Assembly (NCBI GenBank): GCA_905178155.1
Contig: CAJINV010000010.1
Span: forward strand, 1-64,000
Length of the DNA: 64,000 nucleotides
DNA from: Amoebophrya sp. A120
Taxonomy: Eukaryota > Protista > Dinoflagellata
Reading direction: 5' to 3'
Positions 13,001-28,000 of this stretch are shown piece after piece; position 1 is the stretch's first letter, and every line of letters begins with the position of its first letter. A program made the translations under genes and the position numbers. Under the pieces are notes generated by a model that had not been told where the DNA came from, made no database searches, and worked only from the letters and a program-made list of their open reading frames with translations.

Positions 13001-16000
13001 TGCGCAAAAGTATCGTACAAATCTTCCGAGGTGACGTTGTGGAACCCGAGCAGATGCACCAAATTTTGGCACTCTCAAGCGTTACATTCTCAACTGTTAC
13101 ATGATTTGTCATGCAAAATGACCATGAGCCGCAAGACAATCAAGCTGGTTCGCATGACAAATAATCGAATGGCCAAACAGCGCCTAGATCCGTGCCAAAT
13201 TTGTGATGCAAGACTTGCAAGCTTGCCCCTTTCCCTATTGCTGTTTTTGCATGAAGACAAATTCATGTAACAGTTGAGAATGTAACGTTTGAGAACGCCA
13301 TACAACTTCGTGAAGAAAAAGTAGTCCATGCCCTGTGTTTTGTGCACCCGTTTCAGCATCTTGTAGATGTCTTCGAAGGGAAGGAAGCCGACACACCGGG
13401 AAGTGGACTTGTCTTCCAAGAGCAGCAGATCCCGGAAAATGGTTTCCGCCTCGATCTCATCGGTTGTGTTCATCTGGTTCAAGAAAATCACCGGCTCGGC
13501 TGATGTGGTATCGTCATTGACAGCGGAAGAAGATGATGTTCCATCTACTCCGGCGCCGACGACCTCATACCCAGCTCCCGTCACCCCTCCGACCGCCTCT
13601 TGGTTCTGCACGATCGGGTTGTTATTCACGCCAACATATCCAGTGAAACTATGTCTGGGTCTGGAAGGTTGGAACTTGTGATACTAGCTCTACATCACTC
13701 CTTGGAAATCTGTATTGCGTAACCAAGAAAAGTCGCAGCCTCTTTTGTCATGCAAGAACGCAGCGTCTCATGCGGATGATCGCCTATGAGAATACATTGT
13801 TGGAAGTTGTCATGCTGGACTGCATTTGGAAGTGTAGTTTCCATCATCCATATTTTAGCATCACAAGTTTCCAGACCCACACAGTTTTGCAATGCATACA
13901 ACGTTGATCCCGGAACCACTGTACACATCCAACGACTGCAGCGTGTTCTTTGCGAAGTCAAGCCACATGCCGGATTATCCTGTGCAAAAGTATCGCGCTC
14001 GTATTGCGATCATGCATTACAAATCTTGTTCTTAAGCTAAAGCCCCCGCATTACAGATTTTATTTCTCATGCTGAGGAGATTTGTAATGCATTTATACGA
14101 GTACGATCATACTTTTGCAGTTCATACGGATTTCAGCAGAATCTCCGCGGTTAAGTCCGTGACGAATTCTATCGGGATGATCGCTGTTACAGCTGGCGTT
14201 TTGTCCGTTTCGCTCTTCTCCAACTTCTCAACCACCCACTGCCCGAGAAACGTCTCCTTCATGTAGTCGGGGTAAGATGAAGAACTGTTGTCATTGTCGG
14301 TCGCTAGAATCTTTTCCCGCCACTTCTGGATGATTACCGAGTCCCAGAGACTCAAAACCGCGGAATCTGGGAGCTGCACCCGGTGGAATTTCAGGAAGTA
14401 GAAGTAGGTCTCGCGGTACAAGCCGAAATCCACAATGTCCGAGAAAATCGCGAGAACGGACTCCCGGGTCAAAAACCCAAACGCGGAAGTAGCGGGAGAA
14501 CCACCAGCAGTGGTAACTGATCCGTCCGCTCTCGGCGAGGAGGAGCCTCCTCCTCCTGCTGCTCCTATGAACGTTGTTGGTCGTTTTTCCTCCTCTTTAT
14601 CCTCTTCGACCTGTTTCTGATAGTACAATTCCATCAACTCAAACGCGTATTTCTTCGATAAAGGGACGTGCAGTTCCTGCAAGAGCAAGAAAACCGCCTC
14701 GAACCACAAACCTCGGGGTGTGAACTGTGTGTGGTTCATCCCGCCCTGTATTTGTTGCTGATTTGCTGCTATCAGTGGCGCCCCTTCCTCCGCTAAGAAC
14801 TCCTCATCGTTGTTGTTCACTGCGGCAGGAACGACACTTCGGTTGTTCATCGGTACTTTCTTCTCTTCAAACAGCAAGTCCTTGACGAACCGCATCAAAT
14901 TCTGCCTTATGCATTGCAAAAGGATCGCACTCGTAGTCATTCTCATTGCAGGTCTGCATTACAAATCTTTTTCTTAAGGTAACACAGCATGAGGCAATTT
15001 GTAATGCAATTAGATTACTACGAGTACGAGACTTTTGCAATGCATATGCCTCGGAATGAAATTCCCGTTCCGCCCGCACTTTTTCTCCCAAACCTTCGAT
15101 ACTAATTTCGACTTGAACTTCAATTTCGATTTTTTCTCGTCCATCATGTCAAAAGCGGCCGGGAGTTTGATCTTCTCCTCCCCATCCGCCCGTTTGCAAT
15201 TTTCCACAAACGTGCTAATGTTCGCGGAGTACGGGTTATCCAGGGAAAAAAGTGCGTAAGTGTAACTTTGTAGGAAGAGCAGCATCACAAATTCGTTTTG
15301 TAAGTATTACTGGGAAAACCTGTCATGCGCAGCTAGTACGTGGAAACACATATGATAGTAGCCTATGACGCACTTCCAGTATGAGCATGACAAGTGTAAC
15401 TGTTTTCCATTTTCTGCATCACAGATTGACACTTACACAGTTTTTTTCTTGAATACGGGTTCTTCGGCCCTCCGGCGTTTCGCTGCTCCATCGTGTCTTT
15501 GATCTCGATGGCCGCCGCCGGGAGCTGCAATCGCCTAAACAACCGGACAATCGCTTGCGCGTGCATTCCGTCGGAGGTCAACTGTTTCACCGCCGATTCG
15601 TACTGAGTCGGAGACAAAGTTTGGGATTTTTGGTCCTCAAAAATCTTCGCAATGGTCGCAGCTGTCGCTTTTCCGTTTGTGTACTTCCGATCGATGGCGT
15701 GGGTAAACGCGGAGTAGCACATGCGGACGTTTTGTTGGTTTGTCAGGGAGGAGCTGGTTGCTTGGGTCGTTGCGGACATTCCCTGGGGGAGGAGATATGC
15801 ACTGCAAAACCAAAAGTATCGCGCTCGTAGTTGTAATTGCAATCATGCATTACAAATCTCCATCCCAAGGTTAAACAGCATGACAACTTCCATTTCTCAT
15901 GCTGAGGGAATTTGTAATGCAATTACTACTACTAGTTGTACGATAGTTTTCGTTTTGCATTTCATAGAAGAATGCTGTCCGCGATTTTCACTACCTCACT

Positions 16001-19000
16001 AGCGGAGAGGAAACACCTGCCCAGTTGGTCGGAAGGAGGTGAAGATGTTGATTTCTTGGAATTGGAATTTGATTTATTCGTCGACGCGTTGATGTTCGTT
16101 GGTGTGGTGAAATTCAAAATGTCTTCCCTCCCCGTGATCTCCGTGATCCCTATTACTGTTTCCAACGCCGCTGCTACTTCTCGTGCCGCGTCTAGTGTGA
16201 TTTTCATGGTATTTTGGTCGATGAGAAAACTGGTGTTTTGTTGATCGCCATCTACTTGATCTCCGGGCAATAGAAATTCCAACTGTGAAGTCAGTTGCTC
16301 CGGGTTTTTCTGCAGAAAGAGATTGGAAAAATCCCGCTGAATAACCCCCGCTTCGTATCCTCAGCAAAAACGTACCTGCCCCAGAGTTGTCATGCAAATG
16401 CGCAACGACAGGAACCTTTGTAATGCGCAGCTCCATGAGAGGCAATTCCAGTCGTATTTCGGAATTTGTAATGCTGTAAACAGGATGAGGAAGTTGCTTT
16501 CTCATGCGGCTACCTTTGCTAATCAGCACTACACTTCTGCAGATGGAAACTAAACTTCGAGACTTGTGTTGCAGATTTACCAATTTGACTATGGGGTGGG
16601 GACGTTTTAAAGAAAACATACTTCGGTCAACACGAAGAAGAGATCCTCAATGGAGATGAAAGCGGATTGCATCAGATTCGCCTCGGTAGAAGTACTGCTA
16701 GCAGCTGATGTAGAGGGACCACCTGCTGGACCTCCGCTAGATGCCTTCTATCGCACTAAAAAATGTTAACATTAACGGAATTGGGCATGCATGACTGCGC
16801 GAGAAATGATGCCTAAATTTGTATTGCGTAGCATGTATCATGATAGCGAAAATTTGTCATGCATGAAGGCAATGCCTTGATGAAACCCTTAACGTTAACA
16901 CTTTTTGTTTTGCTTGATACTTTCAGCCCGTCTGTCACGATCTGTTTGTCTGTCGTTTTCCCAGACAAGTTTTTCTTCGACGCGAAATTTGACGTCTGGT
17001 TCGGGTACGTCTTGCACGCGCTCGCGAAAAACGCATCAGGATCCGAACCACTGGATCCCAGCAACCCCGCGTACTTCTTCAAAAACAACTCCCTTGTTAC
17101 TCTCGCGACAGCCACCCCAGCGCCCAGTCGGTTCCCGCACTGGCGCCAGGTTTGCTTTAGTGGCTTGCTGTCAAACGCCGCGGCAAGGCGGAACAGTGCG
17201 GCTAGGGGATCTTGTTGCGACGTAGTTTGTGGTTGCGTCGTTGATGGCCGCTTGTTTCCACCACCGCCTACCGTCGAGGTTGACGCTGTGCTCGGCCTGG
17301 AGGGTCGTTGTTGCACAGGCGAAGATTGTTCTTGTGTTTGTTGCGATGGGCGAGGTCTTTTGGGTGATGAACGGTCGCGATGCTTGTTTTCATCCCGCGT
17401 ACTTGCTTCGCCCTCGGAAATAGGCTCCATCGCTTCTCCCTCGCCACGGGGGGAAAAAATCGGCGTACCACCTCCCTGGGGTACATGTGTATCCTCCCCC
17501 ACTGCCGCTGCGACAAACCAGGACGCTGGGATCTCGGGATCCGCGGGATCCGCGTGGAAGGACATTAACGAGTTGAAGTCCATACTGTACGACTTCGACA
17601 AAATCGCCTCCTGCTGCTCGAGTAAAGCCGCTTTCAAAGCCGCGTTGTCCGTCAAATTCACTAATAATTGATCAAACAAATTCCCCGCGGAGTCCAGTAA
17701 AAAGTCAGAAAATTGGAGTTGGAAAGACTCCAAATTCGCGCGCAACTCCAGCACTTTCGCCTCCAATTGTAACAGCATCTGCTCCTTCAACGCTTCCGGT
17801 TTCAATTGTTCCCTATCCAACCGCACATCCGGTAGGTACTGGGTTACTAGTTTCTCGTACAACTTCTTCAAAATCAACAACGTCTCCGGCGCGGTCTGCG
17901 ATTCGAACCGGTTGAATGATCTCGTCTGCGCGGCCAAATTCGTGTCCCTCCCCGCTAGTTGCGCGGAGTAAACCGCTTCCTCGTCCGATTTGGGCCGGAT
18001 CACATTGAAAATCTGCTGCAGACCAATCTGCGCGTCGGAACCCACTAAGGTTTCCAAAGTCGACGAGTGCTTCATCGGCTGATCGATGTCGCCAAAAAGT
18101 GAATCGTAGTAGAAGTTATTCGCTTCTTCCGGAACTGCGCCGTCTTTCACGTTGTCTTCGAAATCTTGGAGTTGCTTGAATTCGTCGTCTTTCTTGAACA
18201 AAATTTTACTGTCGCGGGCGAGGAAATTCCCAAGCAATTTCTTCTTCGATTCCACCGTGGTAATCTCCTCCGGCTTGATTTTGTTCTCTTCGGAATTATC
18301 CGCACCTACCGAGGAGACTCCTGTCATAAAGTAGTTGCTGTCGGTTCTGGTTTTCGCCGCGGCTTGAGCCCAGTTCGTTGCCAGGTTCTTTGACTGCTGC
18401 TCGTCCAGCATTGGTTCTAGTTGTCGTTGGAACCTCCTGTATCGTGAGCGAAAGCATCGCACTCGTACTAATTGCAATTGTGCATGACAAATTATTTCCC
18501 TTCCAAGGTAAAACAGCATGACAAATTCAATTTTTCATGCTGAGAAAATTTGTAATGAAATTTCTATATATTATATTCATGCGAAAAAAGAGGTAGACAG
18601 AGGGTAGACAAGAGGTGGCCGAGAGGTAAAAAAGAGGTCAAAAGAGGTAGAAAAGAGGTCGACAGAGGTGGAGAGGTGGCGCGGGACCCCGTTCGAGAGG
18701 GTCGGCGAGAGGGCGCGCGAATAAGGCCCGCCGAAGCGCTCCCCTTAAAGCGCCGCCTAAGTGCCTGAGAGGGTGCAGAGAGGTCAAAAAGAGGGGGCGC
18801 GAGAGGTCGACAGAGGTGGAGAGAGGTGGCGCGAATAAGGGGCGACCTCTCGCGGACCCTCTTGGCCACCTCTCGGCCACCTCTGTCGACCTCTACCCGC
18901 GAGTATAGCCGGACTATTAGCGGGGACCCCCAAAAGAGGTCAAACAGAGGGTCTGCGAGGGGTCTGCGAGAGGGTAAAAACACAAAAAAGCGGGCGCGAA

Positions 19001-22000
19001 TCCGCATGGTAGTCCCCACATTTGGCACTGCAGGCATATCGCGGCCTTGTTTTGTTCGGCGCCTTTCCGCGCCACCCTCTCGCGCACCCTCTCGCGCACC
19101 CTCTCGCGCCACCCTCTCGCGCCACCCTCTCGCGCCACCCTCTCGCGCCACCCTCTCGCGCCACCCTCTCGCGCCACCCTCTCGCGCCACCCTCTCGCGC
19201 CACCCTCTCGCGCCACCCTCTCGCGCCACCCTCTCGCGCCACCCTCTCGCGCCACCCTCTCGCGCCACCCTCTCGCGCCACCCTCTCGCGCCACCCTCTC
19301 GCGCCACCCTCTCGCGCCACCCTCTCGCGCCACCCTCTCGCGCCACCCTCTCGCGCCGAGCGCCTTCTGTTCGCCCCCGGTGTTCTTTGCAGCTGCTCCC
19401 TGCGCAGAGCGCCCGCAGGCGCGGGAGGCGCGCAAGTGGTGCTGCGGGTTGGCGTGGCCCAACCAGGCGGCAGAGCTCCAGCATGTTTCTTTGTGCGCAG
19501 GCCCATGGCGTTCTGGTCCGATCAGCCAACAGTCTTGCCCCCGCCCAACAGCCTTGCGCTCCGGCGGCAGCCGGAGCATGGCTGGTTTATACTAGTGCGA
19601 TGGTTTTGCAATTCATATTCTGTCCATTTCCACCACGTCCTTCTCATCATCGTCATCCGATTCCTCCTGCACGGGGCCGAAAAACTGCAAATCCCGCGTC
19701 ATAGTCCGCCAGATGGAATGGGCGGACCACTTCTTCTTGTTTTTCATGTCATTCTTTTGCTGCTTTTCTTTCCCCACATCCTTCTTGCTCTTAGAAGATG
19801 CACCAACGGTAGTTCCTGCTGTTCCTGTTGTGCTCCGATCTGAGACTGCGCTTATCCTGGGCGAGGTTGTTGGAGTTGCATCCCCTCCTCCTGCAGCTGA
19901 CGCGTTCGGAAAGAAGGACTCGCGGATCTGGGTCGACATCAACTTTTTCAGCTTATTCGAGTCCCGGACTGTCGTTATTGACTTCGCTTTCGGGTCGTGC
20001 GGGCCCTCATCGCCGTCCTCTTCCCCGCCAGATTTGTCGTCGTCTTTTTGATATGGATCGCAAAAGTATCGTGCTCGTAGTCGTATATTCAACGCCAGTC
20101 TGGCATGACAAATCTCGTTTCCTAGCAGTATTTCGGCATCACTGATGGTCCATTTGTCCTCGCGTTGAGCAAATTATTTGTAATGCGATTTTTACTAGCT
20201 GCTCTAGGTGGTCTACTAGCACGATAGCTCTTTATTTGCAATGCATATTCCGCCTTTCGCTCCCTTGTACTTCTCGTCCCGGTCGGACTTTTCCTGCCGT
20301 TTCCGCTCCTCGTGCATGTAATGTTGATTGCTGTAATGTGCGTAAACGTTCATTCGCGCATTCGCGGTTCTACCAAGGACTCCCTGGGAAAACGACGAGC
20401 CTCCCGGTTTATGAAAGCCTCAGAATGGAAATGCTCAAAGTGGAAATATTTTGTGATGCGTGAAATGTAAGGAAAAAAAGACTGTATTGCAGAGGACACA
20501 ATGGAGGCCGACTATTGTCCTGCTAGGGGTGAAGAATTGGGCTGCTGATTAGCACGACAGAAGGGCACCCCTTTGCCTAACTAGCATGACAGACACGCTT
20601 TGAGTGCCCGGGAAATTTGTCATGCGCCGACTACAAATGGCGCTTCAACTGGAGTCGTTTTTGTGCATTACAAATTATTTCCACTTGGAGGATTTCCAAC
20701 CGGAGGCTTTCATACGGTTCGTCGTCACTGTTCAGCTGCCCGGTTTCGTCGGTAAAACTGTACTATCCTGTGCAAAAGTATCGTACTCGTACTACTTGCG
20801 TTTATGCATTTTTTTGTGAAGGCAAATCTGCATTACAAATTCAATTTGTAATGCTAAGCCAACTTGTAGTGCAATTTATACTAGTACGATCATGCTTTTG
20901 CATTTCATATGTAGCCCTGCCCAGGTCCAGCCCCATGCGCCCCGTGGTGCTGGAAGTACTGTCTCTTGTCGCGCCCCCAGGTCTTGATCGCGTTGTCCGC
21001 GATGGCGCGGAGGATCTTTTCGACTAGCGCTAATACCACGATCCGCATTTGCGTTTGCAAGGAGACCATATTGACCAGCAGCTTGAACATCAGGTAGAGC
21101 AACCCGCCGAACCACAGGGCCGCGGCCACCGTGTCGTCGTGCATGATTAACCCGACGAGCATGAGAACGGTCCAGAAGGAGAGGAAGAAAACCAGAAAGC
21201 AGTACTCAAACTTCGCCAATGCGAAGCTGAATTTGTTTATCCCCGCTTTCAACACCAGTAGGATGCGGATGAAGAAGTTCGGCGAATTTTCCCGGTGTTT
21301 CGCAATTTGGATCATGTTGGTATTCGACGTAGAACCACCACTCCCACCGGTGTTGAACTGCGTCGACCCGACGTTTTGTCTACCCACATTCTCCGGCGCG
21401 AAATACAAGGGTGTGAAGCCGAACACCATTTCGAAGAACAACACAAACACCCGGAAAATCAAGGCGAAGAACATGCCGTAAAAGAGGATGTGGAACAACA
21501 GCCAGACCCAGTTGTTTCGGGTTGACAGGTAGAGAAAGCTGTCTCTCACCCACCTTAAAAAATCCAGCAACCCATACCAACCAATCGCGCCGAGAATCCT
21601 CTCTGAGCCGGTCTCTATCTCCCGCAAGTACTTGTTGCCCGCGCCGGGATTAATGGTAGCACCACCCGCGCCGGGGGGATTGGGATTGTTCGCACGCTGT
21701 TGCATTTTATGCTTGTTGCCCATTTCCAGAAGAGACGATGCGGGACCAGTGTTGTCTTCTTCACTGTTCTTCGTTCCAGGAGTGAACAAGTTCTCCGTCA
21801 TGTGGTGCCGGTCCGTGCTGTAGAGATTTTTCGGATCGTAGTCCAGGTCCGCCCTGTAGAGGTTCAGGCCGTAGAGGTTCTTCATCACGTCCTGTTTCAT
21901 TTGCCGTTCTGCGTTGGCTATGGATTGCAAAAGTGTCTGGGTCTGGAAGATTGCCAGGTTTTTCATGCATATTTGACACGCCCCCGTGACCCCTGTAATG

Positions 22001-25000
22001 CATGACCTAGCATCACAGATTTTTAGAGGGCTTTCGGATGCATTTTCTGCATGAGAAATGCCCCCTCCGCGTAGCACAGACTGGACTCCTCTTGCCTGTC
22101 ACGCAATACAGATTTTTTTCGAGTCTTAAGATAGCATCACGAGTTGCAATCTTCCAGACCCAGACACATTTGCAATAGATATTGGCAAGCGAAACCTTGA
22201 AAGTCGGGCTGATCCGTTCGAGTGCGTCGTTCATTTGTTCGTAAATCGAAGTCGGGATGTACTCCACACTGAAGGTCGGTGGTGGGACGGTTTTTCCGCT
22301 AGCGGCGTCCGTTCCACGAGAAGACTGCAGGAATTTTGAAGTAGTCTGAAGAGAGTCTACTTCATCATCTCCAGCGCCTGCGACGGTTTTCTCGTTTGGC
22401 TCTTGCTGTGGCCGCTGTGCAGCTTTTGCTTGGACAAAGAGTAAGGACTGGTTGCTATTGCTAAGGCTGGTGCCACGCGGCCCATTTTCACGCTGTTGAT
22501 CCGCTTGCTTTTCTTGCACAAGGGAAGATGAGGTTGCTCCACCTGAGGGGTCGTGACCGCTCGTTGACGCGTGACCGCCAATGTACCTATCTCCTCCTTC
22601 CACTCCGACTGAGTCCTCAAGCACCGAGAAATCGTAGTCGCCGCTGATGTAGTCGTGGCCGTCGTCATGTCGGTCTCCTGGGGCTGGATCAGGTACTATC
22701 TCATCCTTGCCACCACGTCCCTGGTAGAACAGAGTCGCAGCTTTATTTGTTCCGCCGACTGCAGCCGCGTCACTATTCTGCCTCGCGACGTCGGCGCTAC
22801 CACCTTCGAGCTCCAGCAGCGATCCGCTTCTATCATCTACGTCCTCCGGGCTGCTGCTACTGCTGCTGCACCCCTGCTGGTTGTAATGTTTCCAACGACG
22901 ATGTTGATCTAATGGGTCGGTGGACGCAGCTTCTCCTGCCCCCGCAGTAGACGCAGCAGTCGATGAGCCCCCACATGGCAACTGCAGAAAGGAGTCGCCA
23001 TTACTCTTCACCAGCGCCGGATCGTAATCATACCTGACATGTCCGAAATAACGGTAACTCGTCGCCGGACCGGTTAACATATGCATTGCAAATATCTCTG
23101 GGTCTGGGAGGGCGCGAACTTGTCATGCTAAGCCTGGATCGTACAAAAATTTGCGTTGCATGACTACCAAAAGCTGCACACTGTTGTTGAGCAAGTTCAT
23201 TCGAGGCAGTTTGTCATGCAGGATAGGCATGATAGAGACGTCGCACTAGAACCTGTCATGCTGGGTCCTGCATTCCAAACTTCATGGGGCATGGAAAATA
23301 TGCATGACAAGTCTTGCATCCACATTCCAGACCCAGAGGACATATTTGCATTTGATACAACAGCAACGCGTCCGATTCCATCCGGAGGAACTGTGTGAAC
23401 AGGAGCGATATGCTCTGCAAAAGTATCGCGCTCGCACTAGAAATTGCGATCGTGATGCATGCATGACAAATCTCATTCCCACGCAAAATCAGCATTACAG
23501 ACTCCATTTTCGTCTTTGGAAAAATTTGTAATGCAGTCGACACTTAGTACGATAATTTTGCAATGCATAAACGACAGCAGAAACCCCAGAATCAGCAGGA
23601 ACCACACCATTTGGCACGCGAACATCAAGAGGTACCCGCAAAACCGCGAGAAAAACCACACCGTGAAGAAGCTGTAGCAACAGCCGTCATTCGTCTGCAG
23701 CATGGAGATCTCTTCCCCACTCCGCGTTCTCCGTCTGCAGCACGCACAGCGAGAGCAGCGCTTAGAGCACCGGAACACGGAAAACGGCCAGCAGAGGACC
23801 GCGTAGTATGCTTTGCAAAAGCATCGTATTCGTATAAATGCAATACAAATTTCCTCAGCATGAGAAGTAAAATTTGTAATGCAGATTTAGCTTAAGAAAG
23901 GGATTTGTAATGCATGATTGCAATACGAGTACGATACTTTTGCACAGGATACGTAGAGTACGAAGTTGATGACTAAAAACACTCTTCTATCCTATGTAAA
24001 AACGTACCCGCCCCAGAGTTGTAATGCAGATCTGCAAGCACCAGAGCGCTTGTCATGCGCATCCCCATGAGAAGAATTTCCAATCGTGTTTTGGAACTTG
24101 TAATGCTATAAACAGGATAAGGAGATGGATTTGTGATGCGGCTTCCCTTGCTGAACTGCACTACACTACAGCCTGCAATTTGTCATGCGTGGTTCCCAAA
24201 ACTTCAAGGTTTGTGTTGCAAAGTCCCCATCTTGACTCTGGGGTGGGGACGTTTTTACTCAGAGTATCTTCCTGCGACGAAAAACAGCCACCCGGGAGCC
24301 GTCCCCCTTGTCGGATCCTCCAACTCCGCCTCCATTAACAAGTCGTAATCCACGTTGTCCCTCAACCTAACGTTCAACAGTGCGGTGCAGAACCGCAACT
24401 CCGCGTTCTGATTCACATACCCAACCCCCTCGCTCTTCTGCAGCATCACCAGTCCCGGCGCCCCGATCCGGTCGGTTTCTATGACAGTGCACAACTCCCC
24501 CTCCTCCTCATTTGTATTTTTGCATGGACAGCAATACAAACACCAGCACACCTGGAGCCTGTGCATGACAAATTCATGCGCCGAGTGTAGTACTGTTTGG
24601 GCTTGCGGAATCTGCCATGCAAACAATGCCAAAGGGAAGCACTTGGATTTCGGGTTTTGCACGACAAACGAGGGGGAGGGGGAGTTGTGCACTCTCATAG
24701 TTTCGTACTGTTTTTCAAACGGCAACGTCGACCGGTACCGTGGGACGCTATCCTGTGCAAAAGTATCGTACTCGTAGTAATCGCAATTATGCATGACAAA
24801 TCGCCTTCCTAAGCTAAAACAGCATGACAAATTTTATTTCTGATGCTGGGGAGATTTGTAATGCATTTATACGAGTACGATACTTTTGCAATGCATAGAC
24901 GCATCTCAGCGGCAACGTCGCGATCTTGATCCCGTAGTCCTGCAGGAGTTGCAGCGGCGCGCGCGACTGGTACAGATTGTGGACCCGGCAAAACGTGCCG

Positions 25001-28000
25001 TAGGCCAGTTCGAAGTCCTGTAGTAACAGCATCCGCTCCGCGATGAAAATCTCCGATCTCTGGATCAACTCGCCTGTAGACGGGTTGTAGATCTCGATGA
25101 AGATCGGATGCGACCCCGCTTTCCGAACCTCTTCTTTCTTCTCGTAATTCAAATATGGAAGCGTCAGGATTGAAATCGTCAAAGTTCAAATAATTTGTCA
25201 TGCGTAAAATGCAGCCCACAAAGCGCCTGTCTTGCAGAGTAGGCAAGTGAGGCAGATTGTAAGCCTGTCGAGGGGTAGACACTGAGCTGCTAAAGTAGCA
25301 TGACAAAAGACGTCTTCCTTACCCAAACAGCATGACAAACTGGATTTCGGCTCTACCCAAACTTGTCATGCGCCACTTGAAAACTAGGCGCCAACTGGTA
25401 TCCGTTTCATGCATCACAAATTATTTCAACTCTGACGATTTCGATCCTGACACTCCCATATCAAATTCGCTTTGGTCACCATCAAGTCGCCGAAGTTCAT
25501 TACCCAGGTGAGGTAGCCCGTGTTCTCCACCGCGTGGTGGAGAAGAAGGTCCTGCGCGGCAGTAGTTTGTGCCTGCTGCTGTGTAGGAGAGCGAACGGCC
25601 GCTGCGCTTCTCGTCCGAGCGAACTGACTCGTTGTCCGAGTAATATTGTTCAGTGTGTCGATCGACCCGGCGTGCCGCAACATCCGTGGTAAAGAACCCG
25701 GCTTCGGCTTGCCCATAACGCTGGCACCAGAAGGGGACTTGCTGTTCAAACCAAAAGCAGCGACTCCAGAGGCGTTGTCCTTTTGCCCCCCTTTCCGAAC
25801 AGTGTTTGACTTGTTGTAGTCCATTGATCCGGTTCTCGTTAATCTATGCAATACAAATTTCCCGCACGACTACATGTGCGAAATGCATGATAAATTTCGC
25901 CAACTTGGAGTGTCAAACCTGTCATGCTGACGAAGAATTGAAGGCAAGTTTTGTCATGCAGAAACAGTATGTGTACCTACGTGTAGTACGGGAAATTTAC
26001 ATTGGATAAAACGCCTTTCTCCCCAGTTCCAACTGCAAATGCTTGATCGCCCGGTTATTTTTCGCGCCGTAGTTCATTTGAACCAACCCGCCAGTGGTTT
26101 TCGCATTTTTACCACCACCGCCACCACCTCCTCCTGCTGGGAGGAATTTGAACTTTTTTCTCGCGTTCTTCAACAGCGCCTGCCTGGTCCGGACTAAAAA
26201 CGTGCTGGCGCCGGAGCCCGCGACGACGGTGACATTCAAATTTTCTGACTTCGGGGATAAGAACCCCAGAACCGAATTCGATAAAGCGCACTTCACTTGG
26301 AAGGTAAGTTGGAACTGATCCGCGATTTTCGGGTGCTGCTTGTTCCAGGTTATCCCAGACTCGTTCCCCTCCAAAATCCTTCGGCCCGCAATATCACCGA
26401 TGAAAATCGATTTTTGGTTATTGTTGTTCTCCTGCAGTTCCACCGCCACAGGAGCTTGACTTTGCCTTGTCGGATCCGGGTAGGCGTCGCGCAGCAACCC
26501 CGTATCTACCGTCCGTCTGCTCTGAGCTGTCGGTGTAGAACTACTAACCGCGATTTGTTGTCCATTCGCGAGCGCCGAGAGCGCATCCGCAGCATTCGCG
26601 TGCCTCTTGTACTGGGCGTAGAATCGCAACACGCCCAACATTGCAAACACCTCCACATCGGACAAAACGCCCAATTCCGTCGCCGCAAATTGCTCTCCTC
26701 GGCCGGCACCGGAAGATCCAACCGCCGGGCGCAAGACCGCCCGACACGGCCTCGAGTAGTACTCCTGCGCCCGGAATTCCGACCCCAGGTAGATCGAGGA
26801 AACTCCGACGATTTGCTGGGTGTCTAAGCGGACCAGATAGACGTCCAGAGCTTGTTCAGAGCCGAGTTTCAGTTTAAACGACCAGTCGGAACTGCTAGAC
26901 TTTCTGTTGTTGCTTTGTCCTCTCAGCTATGCAATACAGATTTCGCGTACATGTACAAGATGCATCACAAATTTCGCCAATTTGGAACGTAAAACTTGTC
27001 ATGCTAAACTAGGATCGAAGCCAAATTTTGTCATGCAGCGACTGCGTTTGTACGTGTGCGGGAAATTTACTGTGGATATCAACGGTTGCTGCTCGGAGTT
27101 GTCTAAGTCCTCAGCATCGACATCATCCTCTTCGTCGTCACTCACCGGATAATTTTATCCTGTGCAAAAGTATTGTACTCGTATAAATGCAGGTCTTGCA
27201 TTACAAATTTCTTTATCAAGGCAAATCAGCATTACAAATTTTATTTCTCATGCTAAGGAAATTTGTAATGCATTTATACGAGTACGATACTTTTGCAGTT
27301 CATAAATTTTCCTCCCCCGCCATATCCTGCATCTCCACCGCGTTGTGGAAATTGTTTCCCGAAGCAGCCTATGCACTGCAAAAGTATCGCATTCGCACCC
27401 GTACTAAAAATTATTACAGCCATGCATTACAAAATTTTTCCTTAAGGTGAATCCGCATCACAAATCTTATTTCTCATGCTGAGGACATTTGTAATGCAAT
27501 TTCTACGTAGTGCAATAGTTTTGCAATGTATACAGTCCCTCCTTTCTTCGCCCCCGGAATGGCGTCGCTCATCTGCTCCAACATTTTCATCTTCTTCGTG
27601 AATTGTGCTCCGTAGAACCGTATGCATTGCAAAAGTATCGCACTCGCACCAGTTGCAGTTATGCATGACAAGTGTTGTTCTTAAGGTAAAACAGCATGAC
27701 AAATTCCAGTTCTCATGCTGAGCAAATTATTTGTAATGCAATTCATACGAGTACGATACTTTTGCAATGCATAAACCGGAACTCAGAATCGGAAACGGAT
27801 TCGGTTAAAATCTCAAACGGCTTCGACGCCACCCAGTCGCGGTCCTTCTCCCTTTTTCGGGAATTACCTCTAGAAGTTGTGCCAGAAGAGGAGCTACTGC
27901 CTGTGCTGGTGTCAAAACAGCTGCTACACGAAGCCCCATCGTCCTTGTTTCGTGCTGTTTCGTCGTAATCCTCAGCGGTTCCAGCGATGTTGGAAATCAG

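Larger units (their letters stand above)
18440..19617. mobile_element. family B introner hosting a Helitron-like element
   Basis: DR tcctg/ttctg. Confidence 0.8.

Noticed and set aside
16859-17671. 270-aa plus-strand ORF
   Set aside because: Antisense shadow of the long minus-strand exon of the giant gene.
19071-19357. CRISPR-like repeat array
   Set aside because: No spacers and no cas genes; plain tandem repeat in eukaryotic DNA.
18564-19843. Long ORFs in all six frames (REGGARGWRERVA repeats)
   Set aside because: Artefact of a stop-free 13-bp GC-rich minisatellite inside a mobile element.
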